IMG/VR virus record: IMGVR_UViG_3300042402_003952 | DNA length: 64,000 nt | Direction: 5' to 3' (one strand) | Source: a virus | Lineage: Duplodnaviria > Caudoviricetes | In this document: positions 62,629-64,000 of the stretch, one piece after another | Layout of the letters: every line of letters begins with the position of its first letter | Position numbering within the stretch: the first letter of the stretch is position 1 | Made by a program: the position numbers and the translations under genes | The notes under the pieces: model-generated | The model's input: only the letters and a program-made list of their open reading frames with translations | The model's database searches: none | Told to the model about the DNA's origin: nothing

Positions 62629-63802
62629 TTTTAAAACTTCTTCAATAGAAGAAACCACCAATATTAAAGGAATGACAGTTTTTAACACCGAAAAAGTTGA
62701 TACCAAAAAGCAACCTATGTTTTTTGGAAAACCTCTTGGAGTTCAGAGATACGATTCATACAAATATCCTATATTCGATAAACTAACTACTCAGCAACTT
62801 GGATACTTCTGGAGACCCGAAGAGGTCTCCCTCCAGAAGGATCGTGGCGATTATCAAACTCTTCGTCCTGAACAAAAGCATATCTATACTTCTAATCTGA
62901 AGTATCAGATCATGCTTGATAGTGTTCAGGGTCGTGGTCCTGGTATGGCATTTATTCCATATTGTTCACTTCCTGAATTGGAAGCATGTATGGAAGTATG
63001 GGGATTTATGGAGATGATCCATAGTCGCTCATACACTTATATTATTAAAAACATCTATTCCGATCCTTCTGAGGTATTTGATACTATCATTGGCGATGAG
63101 CGTATTCTGGAACGTGCTAAGAGCGTTACAGAGTCATATGATGATTTTATTCAATCAGCACAGCAATATGGTGTATCTGACGCTTGGATGCACAATCTTG
63201 AAGGAGTTTCATACGCAAAGGAAACAATCAACGATGTTAAACGAAAACTGTACAGAGCAGTCGCAAACGTTAATATTCTTGAAGGTATTCGCTTTTACGT
63301 TAGTTTTGCTTGTAGTTTCGCCTTTGGTGAACTTAAGATTATGGAAGGATCCGCTAAAATCATCTCTCTTATTGCAAGAGACGAAAATCAACACTTAGCA
63401 CTTACTCAGAATATTCTGAATAAGTGGAGAGAGGGTGATGATCCAGAAATGCAAAAGATTATGAAGGAAGAAGAAGAGTGGACTTATAAAATGTTTGATC
63501 GTGCTGTAAATGAAGAAAAGAAATGGGCAGATTATCTGTTCAAAGATGGCAGCATGATTGGACTTAATGACAAATTACTACAACAATATGTTGAGTGGAT
63601 TGCAAACCGTAGACTAAAGGCAATTGGACTTAAACCCCAATATGATATTGCGGCAAACAATAATCCACTTCCATGGACTCAGCACTGGATTTCCTCCAAA
63701 GGACTTCAAGTGGCACCACAGGAAACAGAAGTCGAAAGTTATGTCGTAGGAGGCATTAAGCAAGATGTTACCAAAAATACTTTTGCAGGATTCCAACTAT
63801 GA
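62609..63802 (+). CDS. nrdB: Ribonucleotide reductase beta subunit
   Basis: FWRPEEV, LDS.QGRGP, E.IHSRSY, ILEG.RFY.SF, RDE..H, PQE.E..SY. Confidence 0.98.
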   Translation: MNPAQFDFKTSSIEETTNIKGMTVFNTEKVDTKKQPMFFGKPLGVQRYDSYKYPIFDKLTTQQLGYFWRPEEVSLQKDRGDYQTLRPEQKHIYTSNLKYQIMLDSVQGRGPGMAFIPYCSLPELEACMEVWGFMEMIHSRSYTYIIKNIYSDPSEVFDTIIGDERILERAKSVTESYDDFIQSAQQYGVSDAWMHNLEGVSYAKETINDVKRKLYRAVANVNILEGIRFYVSFACSFAFGELKIMEGSAKIISLIARDENQHLALTQNILNKWREGDDPEMQKIMKEEEEWTYKMFDRAVNEEKKWADYLFKDGSMIGLNDKLLQQYVEWIANRRLKAIGLKPQYDIAANNNPLPWTQHWISSKGLQVAPQETEVESYVVGGIKQDVTKNTFAGFQL

Positions 63803-63914
63803 TGAATGGTGCGAACAAGAAATCATAAATGCATATAGAGATGCAGCGGAGTGTGATGAGTTTATGTTTGGAGATTATGATTATTGTAAAGAATGGTTAG
63901 GTGCAAATGACTAA
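63765..63914 (+). CDS. Small acidic protein (49 aa) overlapping the nrdB 3' end; not in the ORF track
   Basis: AGGAGG at 63748; MLPKILLQDSNYDEWCEQEIINAYRDAAECDEFMFGDYDYCKEWLGAND. Confidence 0.6.
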   Translation: MLPKILLQDSNYDEWCEQEIINAYRDAAECDEFMFGDYDYCKEWLGAND

Positions 63915-63926
63915 TCACACATAGAT

Positions 63927-63952
63927 AGAGGAGGTTACGCCTCCTCTTTTTT
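63927..63952 (+). terminator. Intrinsic terminator after the nrdB region
   Basis: agaggagg-ttacg-cctcctct followed by a T run. Confidence 0.85.
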
Positions 63953-64000
63953 ATGCCTAAAAATCAACTGAATAAAGACGAATTGAAAGTTCGTGTTTTA
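63953..64000 (+). CDS. Start of a hypothetical protein, truncated by the window edge
   Basis: MPKNQLNKDELKVRVL is open to the end of the window. Confidence 0.5.
   Translation, partial: MPKNQLNKDELKVRVL

Noticed and set aside
44890-63802. Group I introns or inteins in gp43, gp41, nrdA, nrdB (also gp17, gp23)
   Set aside because: All ORFs are continuous, of normal length, and lack intein C/S...HN motifs or intron-sized interruptions.
1-64000. tRNA, rRNA or photosynthesis genes
   Set aside because: No cloverleaf-sized GC-rich intergenic segments with T-loop/CCA features, and no psbA/hli-type ORFs, were seen.

Overview
A 64 kb AT-rich segment of a T4-like myovirus. Gene content and order (neck gp13-15, terminase gp16/17, sheath/tube gp18/19, portal, gp21-23, gp3, uvsY/uvsW, gp55, gp47/46, cobS, gp45/44, dam, gp62, regA, hsp20, gp43, uvsX, gp41, mazG, gp61, nrdA/B) match cyanophage-type T4-like phages (Kyanoviridae-like). 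The host is inferred from this synteny, because no photosynthesis genes lie in the window. Almost all genes are on the + strand. I saw no tRNA, rRNA, CRISPR array or intron. Three things stand out. (1) There are seven free-standing endonuclease genes from four folds. One inverted GIY-YIG element has inserted into the primase 3' end, supplied a replacement C-terminus, and left the original C-terminus stranded next to nrdA, where it still carries a promoter. (2) Inverted repeats recurrently enclose or abut a late promoter and bury the next gene's RBS or start codon; in one case the promoter loop points backwards. (3) A family of late proteins has T4 capsid-targeting-like N-termini or Glu-bounded modular architecture, including a nucleotidyltransferase-like protein and a HAD phosphatase domain, suggesting a packaged enzyme payload. 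All family assignments come from motif recognition by eye, not database searches.
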